Below, piece by piece: positions 26,889 to 39,200 of a stretch of DNA of 64,000 bases (within the stretch, counting starts at the first letter, position 1; the number at the start of each line of letters is the position of its first letter). A model generated the notes under the pieces. The model did no database searches. It saw only the letters and a program-made list of their open reading frames with translations, and was not told where the DNA came from. The translations under genes and the position numbers were made by a program. The DNA lies in NCBI GenBank assembly GCA_001179505.1, contig CDMY01000315.1, positions 1 through 64,000 on the forward strand, read 5' to 3'. The stretch comes from Vitrella brassicaformis CCMP3155. Its lineage: Eukaryota; Protista; Chromerida.

Positions 26889-27172
26889 GGCGGACACGTG
26901 AACGGCCTCTGTTTGCTGATTAAGTTTTGCGAGCTTAGAGGTTTCAAGCTCGCGTCGAGTGAACAATCGGAAAGGCGTCTCGTGAATCAGACACAGCGTA
27001 CGAGCAGGGTCAGCAGCAGGGCAATATCCCGGCGGACACGTGAACGGCCTCTGTTTGCTGATTAAGTTTTGCGAGCTTCGAGGTTTTAAGCTCGCGTCGA
27101 GTGAACAATCGGAAAGGCGTCTGGTGAATCAGACACAGCGTACGAGCAGGGTCAGCAGCAGGGCAATATCCC
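26889..27172. repeat. Tandem duplication, 2 x 142 bp, upstream of RPB2
   Basis: The unit ggcggacacgtgaacggcc...cagcagggcaatatccc starts at 26889 and again at 27031, with about 3 substitutions. Confidence 0.95.
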
Positions 27173-27957
27173 AACCATCAACCGTATCCGACGGGCGAGA
27201 ATTTAAATTTTGGGAGACGGGACGGCGAGACTGCCGTTTTTTTTTCTTTCGTTCGGCAATACAAAAGAGGACCTCAGAACCGGCAACAACGACTTGCAGA
27301 GGCATCTGTGCCGCCGTCCTGCCAACCGGCTGTGGCTGGACTTGACCGACACGCCCGGCATCGACCGACTCGGAGCCCTTGAGGTGAGCTGAGCACAAAC
27401 ACACGGAGCTGGGTGAGATGTCCTTCATTTCTTGCGCGTCGGGTGGGGTGGATGGTTCAGGGCGAGAGAAGATGGCGACGACGACAAAACAGGCCGGCGA
27501 CCCAAATGCGCATTTGCCGCCCTCCTGCCCAGCGAGCCGCCACCTCTGCCATACCTGAGGGATCCCGGAGTTCTGCGGCGACCTGGGCATTGCATGCGGC
27601 ATCAAGCCGACCATCCAAGTACGGACACAAGCACACAACGCACGGAGTTCAGGGTCAATTGCTTTGTTTTCCTTTGTCTCAGGCTGACCGGTCGCCGCCG
27701 ACATTGCCCTCACGTGTTGAGGTGAGTGAGAATCAGAGCTTCCGTGTGCTTTGTGTGCGCACGTGTGGCGCGTGTGTTTGTGTCGTGTTTTTGTGCAGAC
27801 ACACGAGAACTTATCCAGAAGCAGAAACAGCGGGAGGGATCGGTCTGAGTTCGAGAAGGAGCGAGATTTTTTTTCGTCGACAAGGGCTTCACGCGAGCCG
27901 AAATGTTTTCAATTTTCGCCTTCCGACTGAAAATACCTTGAGTACGTGACCAAGACG

Positions 27958-28469
27958 ATGATGCGCATCGTTCGTCCTTCAACGCTGCTGGGCCGCAGAT
28001 GCGGACAACAGCATCCGGCAACGTGTAGGCCACCCGCCCGGGACGCACACAGATCAGGTACACGGCGATTTTGTCTTCCTGTCTTTGCTCATCAGTCTGT
28101 CGGATGTTCTCATCCGCAACGTCGGCTACAGAGACCGCCAAGGCGGCCACACGAGTTGGCATCCGGGGTCGCCTCCTGTGGGGATCGGTGCTGGTCGGCG
28201 GCACCACCGTGGGGTTGAGGTGAGGGACAGAGAGAGAGAGAGAGAGAGAGATGTGCACACACGCACGGGGAACCACACGAGCACGCGACGGATCTGGCGT
28301 GTGTGTGTGCAGTGCTGGGAAGGGCTCTTCATCCAAGTTGGCATCAGAGGCCCTGATGAGAAGCGGTCAGAAGCCGGCACGCGTCTGCAGACTGTCCATC
28401 GCCGCTAACATTTTATATTCGCTCGGCGTATTTCCCCCTTCGCCGCTTCGCATCGATATCAGGTGCTAG
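27958..28469 (+). pseudogene. Partial duplicate of the Mic60 5' end (presequence plus TM), copy 1
   Basis: MMRIVRPSTLLGRRCGQQHPAT|FCRMFSSA..RVGIRGRLLWGSVLVGGTTVGL|SAGKGSSSKLASEALMRSG. Introns are homologous to Mic60 introns 1 and 2. Confidence 0.7.
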
Positions 28470-28752
28470 CTTCCAGAGGACGCCGCCTAGCATCCGGGGA
28501 AGGACGGGTGAGTTCGGGCAGGCCGACAGACGAGAAAGACAGTTATGCTTGCAGCCGTCTCATTCTTGCCTCTTTTCTTATTCACTGTCGTGTCTCTGTG
28601 TGTCTCTTCTCTCATTTCAGTCGCCTGACTGCATCGCCGCCTACATTTTATATGTCGACGGCAAGTGATCACAATCACAACCGCACCACACAGTGCCCTG
28701 ACGCCCAGCGAAGGAACAGTCGCACTTCTCACGAGGTGCATAGGATGCACAG

Positions 28753-29027
28753 ATGTACGTGACCAAGGCGAGAATGCGCATCTCGCGTCGGCCAATCACG
28801 CTGTTGGCCCGCGGCCGCGCGCCTCAACATGGTCCAACGGGTAGGCCACCCGCCCGACGCACACAGGTCTGGTACAAGGCGATTGTGTCTTCCTGTCTAT
28901 GCTCATCAGTTTCTCGGATGTTCTCGACCGCCCCGTCCATGAAGGAGACCGCTAGGGCGGCCGCAAGAAGGTGAGGGACAGAGAGAGAGACAGAGAGAGA
29001 GACAGAGAGAGAGACAGAGAGAGAGAC

Positions 29028-29058
<31 letters not shown>

Positions 29059-29673
29059 TGTGACACACACACACGGGGAACCACACGAGCACGCCATGGA
29101 TCTGATGTGTGTGTGTGCAGTCCTGGAATTCGGGGTCGCCTCCTGTGGGGATCGGTGCTGGTCGGCGGCACCACCGTGGGGTTGAGGTGAGGGACAGAGA
29201 GAGAGAGAGAGATATGTGCGCACACACACGGGGAACCACACGAGCACACGATGGATCTGGCGTGTGTGTGTGCAGTGGCGGGACGGGGTCTGCATTTAAG
29301 TTGACCCAAGAGGCGCTGATCAAAAGCGGTCAGAAGACGGCTGGTCAGAAGCTCGGCCCACTGCAGTCGCCAGGTGGGAGCAAAACAACCGCCAACCCTC
29401 ACATCCATCCATCCATCCACTCACACCGTACCCTGTGTGTTCATGTGTATGTCTGCAGGGGTGGCGCGAGTGTGCGGCTTTGACTACAATGTCGACCTCT
29501 CGTGCAAGGTGAGCACAGATGATAGATGGCCCAGGTGGCATGCTGCCCTTGTGGATTACATAACGTCCTCATGTCTCCGCTTGCCCTCAGATATCGCTGC
29601 CTTCATTTTATATTCGATGGGCTGATGACAAGCCTTCAACCGCACTGATTTGTCCCGCCGCGTGCACATCGAA
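28753..29673 (+). CDS. Mic60-derived chimeric ORF (presequence plus TM plus unrelated C-terminal exons), copy 2; 3' end unresolved
   Basis: The frame stays open across canonical GT-AG junctions: MYVTKARMRISRRPITLLARGRAPQHGPT|VSRMFSTAPSMKETARAAARS|PGIRGRLLWGSVLVGGTTVGLS|GGTGSAFKLTQEALIKSG|VARVCGFDYNVDLSCK|ISLPSFYIRW.. Confidence 0.5.
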
Positions 29674-30798
29674 GGTGAGCTGTCAAACAGACTTATCAAC
29701 TCGCGTGGGCCGCCCAGCAACTTGCCGACAAAGCAGGCTACACACTCACACAGAGCTCTGACACCCTGACTGCGGTGGCTCACTCTTTTGTGTGTGTGTG
29801 TGTGTGTGTGATGCGCATGTGCGTGGTTTCAAGGAGGTCAGTATGGCTGCATCACATCACACACACACACAGACATCAACACACGGTCCATCTGTCTGTG
29901 TGTGTGCCGTCTGCTGCCTAGGCCGGGCACCTTCGTTGGCTTGGTGATGAACTACTTGTCCTTCCCCGGCTCGAGCACGCCGGACACCTGCGCCACGCGC
30001 TTCATGGGCTGGTCAGACACACACACACATGCGCACAGAGCCACACACACATGGATGGTTGTGTGTGTCGTTCTCGTAGGAACCAGGTGTATCGTGTGCT
30101 GATGTGTGTGGTCGGGTCGGCACCTTCCTGCTGGTCGCCGCGGTCGCACTCATCCGCGTCGACGTACAGAGAGAGGGAGAGGCAGGCAGAGGTGAGCGGC
30201 CGGTACATACCTGTAGTCGATCCTCGCCGCACACCTGCATTGAGCTGCTCAGCCGCACACACCACATGGATGGATGGATGGATGGTGAGGGCAGGGGCGG
30301 GAGGGTGAGAGGGCGGAAGGACGGACTGACTGACCGGTGGGGTGTTTTTCTTTCAATGTGAATGTGCACACTACCCATGGCATGGCTGTGTGTCCCACAC
30401 ACCGACCCCCGGCCATCCATCGTGTCGCCCCATGTGCACTGCAGCACACCCATCATCACATAACTGATTTCAGCATGTCAAGTACAGTATACACACAACA
30501 CAAAATGGTCATTCATTCATGACGTGTCATGTATGTATGTATGTATGTACTTAATTTGTGTCCGTCTGCATGGTCAACAACGGTTCATCCCCGCTGCATG
30601 CGACACACCGCTCTCTGCGCAGAATTCATGCAACTACAATATCTGCGTCGCGTTCACGAATGTCACTCGTGGTCACGCCACTCACAGTTGTCTCAAAGGA
30701 CACTCGTGACTCTACGGACGCGTGTCTTTTGGGAGGGGGGAGGAGCAGTTCGTCCTCAAGCAAAGCTCGCAAAAGAATGAGCTCGCAATGCTTTCGCG

Positions 30799-32989
30799 AT
30801 GATGCGCATCCCACGTGCCTCAGTGATGCTGTTGGCCCGCGGCTGCGGGCCACAGCACCATCCAACGGGTAGGCCACCCGCCCGTGACGCACACAGATCT
30901 GGTACAAGGCGATTGTGTCTTCCTGTCTATGCTCATCAGTTTCTCAGATGTTTTCCACGGCGTGAGGACAGAGAGAGAGAGAGAGAGAGAGAGAGATGTG
31001 GACACACGGGGAAACACACGAGCACACGATAGGTCTGGTGTGTGTATGTGCAGTGCTCGCACGGGGTCTGCATCCAGGTTCTCGCAAGAGCCCCTGATAA
31101 AAACCGGTCAGAAGACGGCCTCCCCCCCTCCCCCTCCCCCGACCCCTCCCCCACCGCGTGTGCGTCCATGTGTGTGCGGTGTTTAGGCACGGTTGGCATC
31201 CGAAGTCGGCTAATGTGGGGCTCGGTTTTGCTTGGCGGCACCACCGTAGGGCTGTGGTGGGCCACGGATCGGATGGCCTTCCTCCGCAAGTACATCCAAG
31301 ACGAGTGAGTATAAGTATAGGGGAGGGAGGGAGGGGAGGCACTTGACAAGTAAGTGTTTGATGTATGTGTTGATGGATGTGTTGACTGACTGACAGCTAC
31401 CCTGGCGTGGCTGCCTTCATCGACAAGCCGGTGGAGAAGACGCTGTGGCCGTTTATGCTGCCCGAACACGAAAGAGGTCTGTCTGGTGTGCGTCGGTGTG
31501 TCTGTCGTGCCTGTCAATGAACGAATCTGTGTGTGTGTGTGTGTCTGTGTGTGTATGCAGTGCCGGAACCGGAACAGCTGCCTGGGTGGAGCGGCCCGCC
31601 GACGATGGTAACCCGGCGAGCTCAGCGACTTTGTTGACCTTGTCAATATATGTATTGGGGTGTGTGTGTGTGTGTGCGTGTGTTCCAGTCGATTGAAGAA
31701 GAAGAAGTCGAGGAAACACCGCCGGTAAGAAACACACGCAGGGGGCGCAGTTAGACTCACGCCCACCCTCACTCTCTGTCTGTCTGTCTGTCTGTCTGTG
31801 TGTCAATCCACCAGCCCCCGCAGCAAGGCAATGTGGCCGCTGGTATCCCTCAAGAAGAAGCAGAAGAAGAAGAGCAGCCTGAGGAGGCTGAAGGGGAGGA
31901 GGCCGTGGAGGGTGGAGAGGAGGAGGCGGCGGAGGGACCGGTAGAAGGAGAGAAGAAGGAGCCGACGGAGGGAGAGGAAGGCGACAAGGACGACAAGGCA
32001 GAACTTCCGCCTGAGGAGGGCTTCGGCGCTGAAGAAGGCAAGGACTCGGTTGAGGAGATCACAGAAGAGAAGAAACTGCCTAAGGAGCCTAAGCAGGTCC
32101 GTTTACATGTCATATGTCATAGGCCCTCACACACACACACACACACACAAACAGAGAGAGAGGGAGAGAGGGAGAGAGGGGGTGTGTGTGTACTGATTGG
32201 TCAGTACACTGACGAGGAGTTGAAGGAGGAGATGGCCGAGGTGATTCGCATGTGCGACGAAATGGACGAGGACACCAAGGCAAGAAAACCCACCACACAC
32301 CCACACACCCACCACCAGACACGCCCCTGCACACACACACACGCGCCTGTCTGCCTGTCTGTCTGCAGATGATATTTGGCATCTCTGAGATCCCCGACCT
32401 GCTGGCCAAGTTCGAGGCTCTCCCGCCCGACCAGAAGTGGGGACTCGGCATGATCACCGACGAAGAGCTGCGGGCCGCCACACAGAAGAACGTAAGTGTC
32501 CTGGGGTGTGCTGTGCACACACAGACACCCAGACAGACAGACAGACAGTCACCGAAAGAGAGAGACAAAGAGAGAGTTCTGTGGATGGATGGGTAATGGG
32601 TGCAGGTTGAGTCGCTGGAGGGCGGGATGGAACCAGCGAAGAAGGAGGTGAGCCCGCCCGATGCCGATGCCGATGCTGGGGCTGGTGCGGCTGGCGGTGC
32701 TGCTGACGATTTCGCGGGAGAGCCTCCTGCAGACGACGAGTTCAAGTGAGAGAGTGAGTTTGGAAGCTATGGACAGATGGACATGTGTGTGTGTGTGCAC
32801 AGGGGGCCGGGCAAACCCATTAGCGCTCTCGTGCGAACCATCGGTACGCTTGCACCTTCGCCCGCGCATGTGTGTGTGTGTGTGTGTGTGCGTGCAGTGG
32901 TTGACGACCCCTACCGTGACATTGCCGTGGAGGACGCCATCGAGGCCGAGAAGAGAGCCCTGCAGGACAAGGACAGGTATCTTCATGGG

Positions 32990-33038
<49 letters not shown>

Positions 33039-35478
33039 ACGAACACGCAGAGAGAGAACGAACACGCGAAGGCACACCTCTCTGTCTCCCTCTCCCTCTG
33101 TGTGTGTGTATCTGATGTGTGTAGAGATGGCGTCTTCGACCGCCTCATCGAAGTGGAAACCGAGCTTGTGCAGCACCGGTGCACACACGCACACACACAC
33201 ACGCAGAGAGAGAGAGAGAGAGAGAGATCGACACCACCCGGCTCTGATATCTGTCTGTCATTCGTGTGTGCAGCAAGTTCGTGAACCTGAAGATCGCAGA
33301 GGAGGTCCAGGCCATGCAGGAGGCGATGGAGCTCAAGTACAACCGCCACTTCGAAAAGATCATCGGCCACGCGACGGAAGTGGTACGTGTGCCTCACTGC
33401 ATACCCATCTCTCTGTGTTTGCGTGTGCGAGACGTCTCTCTCTCACTCTCTCTCCCCCTGTCTCTCTCTCTGTCCATGTGTGTGTGTGTGCGTGTGTGTG
33501 CAGGCGAAGGAAGAAACCCAGAAGGTCATCGAACGCGAGTGTATCCAGAAAATGAACCGCATGGAGGTGCGTCCGTGTGTGTGTGTGGCACACTGCGAAA
33601 GACAGACACACGTGTCTGTGAGTGCATTCCTGACTGGGTCTGTCCATGGCATGTGTGTGCAGATCGAGGCGATCCGCGAGAGAGAGGAGGCCATCAAGCA
33701 GCTAGACCACCGGTGCGGTGCCCTCCCACTGACCCACTCAGCCACTCACCGGATCACCTGCACACACACTCACCAAAACACACGTACTGCCTGTTGCTTC
33801 GTCCCGCAGCCACATGGAGCAAATGGAGGAGACGAAAGAACACTTCAGACAGGTCAGTCACACCATACCCAGACAGACAGACAGACAGACAGGTGCATTT
33901 CTGTCACTCTCTGTGTCTCTGTGTGTCCCTGTGTGTCCTATCGTATGCAGGAGTTCGAGAAGGAGAAGATGGCCAACGCCGCGAACATCTGCTGGGTGAG
34001 TGCGAGGGTGTGACGGTCTCTGTCCATGTCTCCGCGTATCGTTGTTTCATCTCTCTCTGTTTCCTTCTCTCTCTCTCGGTCGGTTCGGTCAGATGGACGG
34101 CCGCATGAAGACAATGGAAGAGGTAAGAACCCCTATCTGACTGTCTGTCTGTCTGTCTGCCACGCACAGAGAGGGAGGGAGGGAGGGAGGGAGAGAGACA
34201 AACTCATGTGTGTGTCGTCTTGTGTGTTGTGTGCAGGCGTTTGAGAAGGAGGCGGCCTCCAAGACTCGCGTCTGCAAGCTCAACAAGATCATCACAATCG
34301 TTACCACACTGCAAGAGGTACACACACACACACACACACGCACTCACTCACTGTGTATCGATCGATCGATCCATCAGCGGCTGGCGTGTTACCGGCCCAT
34401 CCGGAGGGACCTGGATCTGGTCATGGAAGTGGGAAGCGAAGACTCCGTCCTCAGCAGGTCAGCCGGCGCACACACACATCAACCGCCAGACAACACGACA
34501 ACAACACAACACACACATGTGTGTGGTCTGTCTGTCTGTCTGGGTGTGTTGTGTGCAGTGTGTTCGCGGAGCTGCCGGCGTCGTGCGTGCAGATGTGCGA
34601 GGAAGGGGTGCCCACACTCTCCGACATGAGGGTCAGCCGGCCACCAAGCCGCACTGCTTGTTATGTATCCGTCCTGTGTGTGTGTGTGTGTGTAGATGAC
34701 GTTTGAGAGTACTCTGCAGCGCGACTGCGTAAAGGCGGCCTTTGTGGGATCTCGAGTGGGGCTCCCCTGGCACTTCGCAGGTACGCACCTGCATGGCATG
34801 TGCTTTGTGTGCACCCAATCGACACAGACACAGACACACACACACACACACATGTGCTCTCTCTCTCTCTGTGTGCCTCTGTGCCTGTGTGTATATGTGA
34901 CAGCCAACGTCTTCTCCACGTTCTACATGGTGCAGAAGCGGCCGAGAAGCCACTACGACATCGACGTCGAGACCGAAGGCAAGTTGTGTCGCTGCACACA
35001 CACACGCACAGAGAGAGAGAGAGAAAGAGAGAAAGAAGGAGAGACCACATTACACGCTGTGCGTGTCTGTGTGTGTGTGTGCCCTGCAGCCGGCGGTGGC
35101 GAGCTGCGCATGAACCTCGACAACCTCAGCTCGGCCGCCTACTGGATCCAGCAAGGTACACCAGACGCACACATGGCAGCGCGAGTGCATTCCCCCGTTT
35201 CCTTGATTGACTGATGGATTGATGCAGGGGACTTCGACCGCGCCATTCGCCACCTGGACCGCCTCTCGAACGACAAGGCCCGCGAGATGGCGCAGGAGTG
35301 GGCCGTGAAGGTCAGAGACGTCATCTGCCTGCACCGGGCGATGGAGGTACGCCGCACCGACCCACTCACTCACACACGCACACACACACACACACACGTG
35401 TGCCTGCCTGCCTGCCCGCCATGTGTGCAGGTGCTGATATCACGTGTGGAGTGCCTGAATGCGAGTGTCCTGAACTGA
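30799..35478 (+). CDS. MIC60: MICOS subunit Mic60/mitofilin, multi-exon
   Basis: R/S/A-rich presequence MMRIPRASVMLLARG..|VSQMFSTAARTGSASRFSQ, a single TM (LMWGSVLLGGTTVGLWWA), an acidic linker and coiled coils. The C-terminal mitofilin-like domain reads NLDNLSSAAYWIQQG|DFDRAIRHLDRLSNDKAREMAQEWAVKVRDVICLHRAME|VLISRVECL. Confidence 0.85.
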
Positions 35479-36201
35479 GCTACAGCTGCCTGACTTTGCT
35501 TTGCTTTGTGCTTGCTTTGCTTTGCTGGGGAGGGATTCGACGCGACGCGTGTTTTGGCGTGTTTGGGTACATAGTCAGTGTGAGTGGATGGATCGATTTG
35601 TCAGCCGAGAGTGAGAGCACAAGCACACACACACACACAGTGTTTAAACCCATCCATCCATCATCTTTTTCGGTGTCTCGGCGGGTAGGGAGTTTGGATG
35701 CTGATGGTGCTGTAAAGGTCGGTGTGCGTGAGGGAGGGTGGGAGCGAGGGAGGGTGGGTGTGGACAATTGTGAGAGCACAGAGACGCACCATAGCTATTG
35801 GGCAAGACGAGCAATGTATGGGTAATGCAGACAGACACACGCCTCTGCTGGGGCAAATCATGATGCTGGCGATCGCTTAATCGGTACTCTCTCTACCTCT
35901 GTGTGTCCGTGTCTGTGGCGTGCTTATTCCCTCTCTCGCTCCCAATACTCTCTCGAGGAGTATTCACGTCGGTCAGCCTGTACAGCTACCTACACGGACG
36001 TACACGCAGATCGCATGCAGCACATGAACGTCATAGCCACATCCACCGCAACAGCAACCTGACAAACAATCATAGAAACACAAGCGCACCACAGCAGCAG
36101 TTCAGGGTTTGACAGCAGCAGTTCAGGGTTTGTTTCGGCGTTAGGGCTCAGGGCTCACCGGAAGGGTGTTCCCTGCTCCTTGTCAGCCCTCCGCTGGCGG
36201 G

Positions 36202-39200
36202 ATGGATAGAAATGATACCGTCGAGGTACGAGAAAGATGCACCCATCGGGTGGATGGGCACGCCGCATCCATCCATCCGTCCATCCATATCCATCGCTTC
36301 CTGGATCTGACTGTGCCGCAGGAGATCTCAGAGCTGTACTATTGCGAGGCGCATGATCGGTATCACTGCACCGTCCAATGGAGCTCGGTGTGCAGAAATA
36401 CGAAAGAGCACTGCACTCGGCGGTTTGTGTGACTTGCACTGGTGTGGGTGGTGCCCGTCCATCTGCTGACGGATGCTTGCAGGGCAAGACTACGCCGCGA
36501 GTATCTGTCAAGGAGCTCATCTGTAGCTGCCCATCGCAGGATGTCAGGGCTCTGATCAATGACGCCAAGAAGCGGGGGCTCCCGCTCATACCCCTGTCGG
36601 CACATGATGCCACATACAACATCAACGTAGGTGACACAATAAGGGAGGCGTCACAAACTCCCATCGCTGCAGCAATGGATTGGGATCCATGTGTGTGTGT
36701 GTGGTGCAGCGTGTTCTCGATGTTGATGAGCGCCGCCAGAAGCTGAGGGTGCATTGGGTGGGGGACACGCCCACGTGGGAGCCCTTCTCATGCGTCGAGG
36801 AGTTCCACAGACTTTGGTGGGTGGATGGGTGGGTGGGTGGGTGGGTGGGCCGACACATGCACCCTCTGTGTCATCTGACGTGTACGTGTGTGTGGTGTGG
36901 TGTGGTGTGGTGTGGTGTCAGGGGTAGCATCAAAGAGATTTTGTCGCTCATGAGGGCCCCGGGCGACGGTCCCGAGGCACTGGACCAAGATGGCGACGGT
37001 CCCGAGGAGAGCGACCAGACCGGCCCCACGTGTGCAGCCGGCTTCGACAGATCCATCCGCCACTCCAGGGACCAGTCGGACAATCCCTCCCTGCAGCAGC
37101 ATACCAACATCAAGACCCTACTGGACCTCCCGTCGTTGCCGCAGCTGTGCCGCACCTGCTGCAGTGGACATCGTGCGGTGAGGGCAGGCCCCACTTGCGT
37201 CGTCTGCTTGAGCTCCTGCGAGAGGGGCGGCAAGCCACCTGTCAAGTGCTCTCAGGTAGCAAGGGACAAGGGGTGAGAAAGATGGACACAAATGACAACG
37301 GCCATTGTGGAGCTGTTTGTGTGGTGCAGGAGGGCTGCGTGAGGTACTGGCACCCGGAGTGCTACCAAGAGGTCGTCCCATCTTTCATGCACACCTCCTC
37401 GCGGCCGTTCTGCCCCTCCAGCATCCACGCCTTCCCCGAGCAGGACGCCCCCGCAGCACATGGCGCGAGCTCATCCGCAGCCGCAGCGTCAGCCTCGGCG
37501 GCCAGCGCCACCGCCGCCCCGCGCTCTGTCTGCACGTCGGGTGATGGTCTACCCGACCACATGCGGCATCAGTATTGGGTTGTCGGCCCCATTGGACGGG
37601 ACGGCTGCAAGATGGTCGTGGTGCGTCTACCAGAGGGTCTGACTGTGCGAGGGGTGGCCAAGGCTGGCGAGAAGGAGACGGCGACGGTCGACGTCGACCT
37701 GGTGTATGAGAGTGGCGTGATGTCGTCGCTGGTGAACCCCTCCTCGCCTCACCCCTTCCCTCCCCCGCCACAGCTCATCGACATGGAGACCGACAAGCGG
37801 CCCCGACCCTTGCTTGGCCACTCGCTCCCCAAGCCCATCAAGGTGTCCCCATCCCAGCTGCTCTTCCCTGTCGACATGCATCATTGCGCCTGTGGCAGCG
37901 TGCAGTCGCCCTGCTCCGCGCACATTCAGGCCCCTCATCCCGCCTCTTCGCCCTATCCGCTTCGCGTCTACTGCAAGACCGTCATGATCCACCAAGAGGA
38001 GCAGGGCCAGACAACCGGGGGGGAGGGGGCGCCCCGCCGCTCAGTGCGGCTCGCATCCTCCCCCATCGACAGCCCCGAGGGATTTCTGCCCCCACAGTGG
38101 CGCCACACGGGTGTCACAGGCCTGTCGGCGGATTTTCAGTGGTCTCCTCACAGTGAGGGCTTCACGGGCATCCCGCCCATCGTGTGCCCCTCAAAAGAGG
38201 CCATCGAGCTCCTCAACGGCGGGACGAGGGCGTGCGAGGGCAAGAGGATCGACACCGATGAGTCCGCCACCACTTTGGATATCTTCGGTGGCATGGGGAA
38301 CGTGAGTGAGGCGATGCTGCGGGCGAAGAGGGAGTTCGGCTCTGGGGGCAAGCACATAGCCATAGACAAGAAGACCGTCTGTGCGACAGTCATCAAGGTG
38401 GGCAAGGACACACCACGGAGGGAGGGAGGGAGGGAGGGAGGGATTTTTTGTGCATTGTACCGTCCTTTGCTCGATCAGGAGGATGTGAAGCGTGGTGGTG
38501 GTGGTGGTGATGGCGGTGGCGGTGGCGTGGAGGTGTGGGAGGACAATGCGTTGGACATGTTCCGCATCATGACTGACCTGGCCAGAGGCGGGCCGGCGCA
38601 CGACGATCTCGCCAATTTGGATCGCGCGAAGCGGCTCCTGCCTTCTGTTGGCGTAGCCGACAGCACTGACGGCACAAGCAGCAGCAGCAGCAGCAGCAGC
38701 AGCGCGGCGGAGAGCGACAAGGCCATGGTGAGGGTGGCTGCCGCATGCCCTCCATGCCAGGTCAGCCAACAGAAACAGATAAATGGAGTCCGTATCTTCC
38801 TGTGTGTCAGTATTGATGGGTTGATGGGATGGATGTGTTAGGCCTTTACGAGTTTTGAGGAGATGCGCCGGGACGCGCCTGTTCACCATCCGCAGCTGCG
38901 TGTGCTCTTCATCGAGACCGTGCAGGCCATGATCATGATCGGAGCGCCGGTCGCTGTCATCGGTGGGCAAGTACAGTCAGCCAGCCAACAGCATGACGCA
39001 CGGGGGCTTAGGAACGTTCGGTTGGTTGGCGGATGCTGTGTGGGCCAGAGAATGTCATGGGCCTGGCTGAGTCCCCAAGGAACCGCCCTCTCTTCGAGCA
39101 GTGCATCGCCGATATCCTATCCGCTGGCGTAAGCATAGCATCGAAGATGTGCACACACCCACGAGCATCGGCAGACTTCACGTGTGTCTGTCCGTGTACC

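Noticed and set aside
27129-27949. ORFs on both strands between the RPB2 promoter and Mic60-like copy 1
   Set aside because: No recognisable domain or consistent exon chain, so the strand cannot be assigned.
29900-30320. Coding-like fragments (PMKRVAQVSGVLEPGKDK* on minus; AGHLRWLGDELLVLPR on plus)
   Set aside because: Plausible splice sites occur on both strands and no product could be supported. It may extend Mic60-like copy 2.
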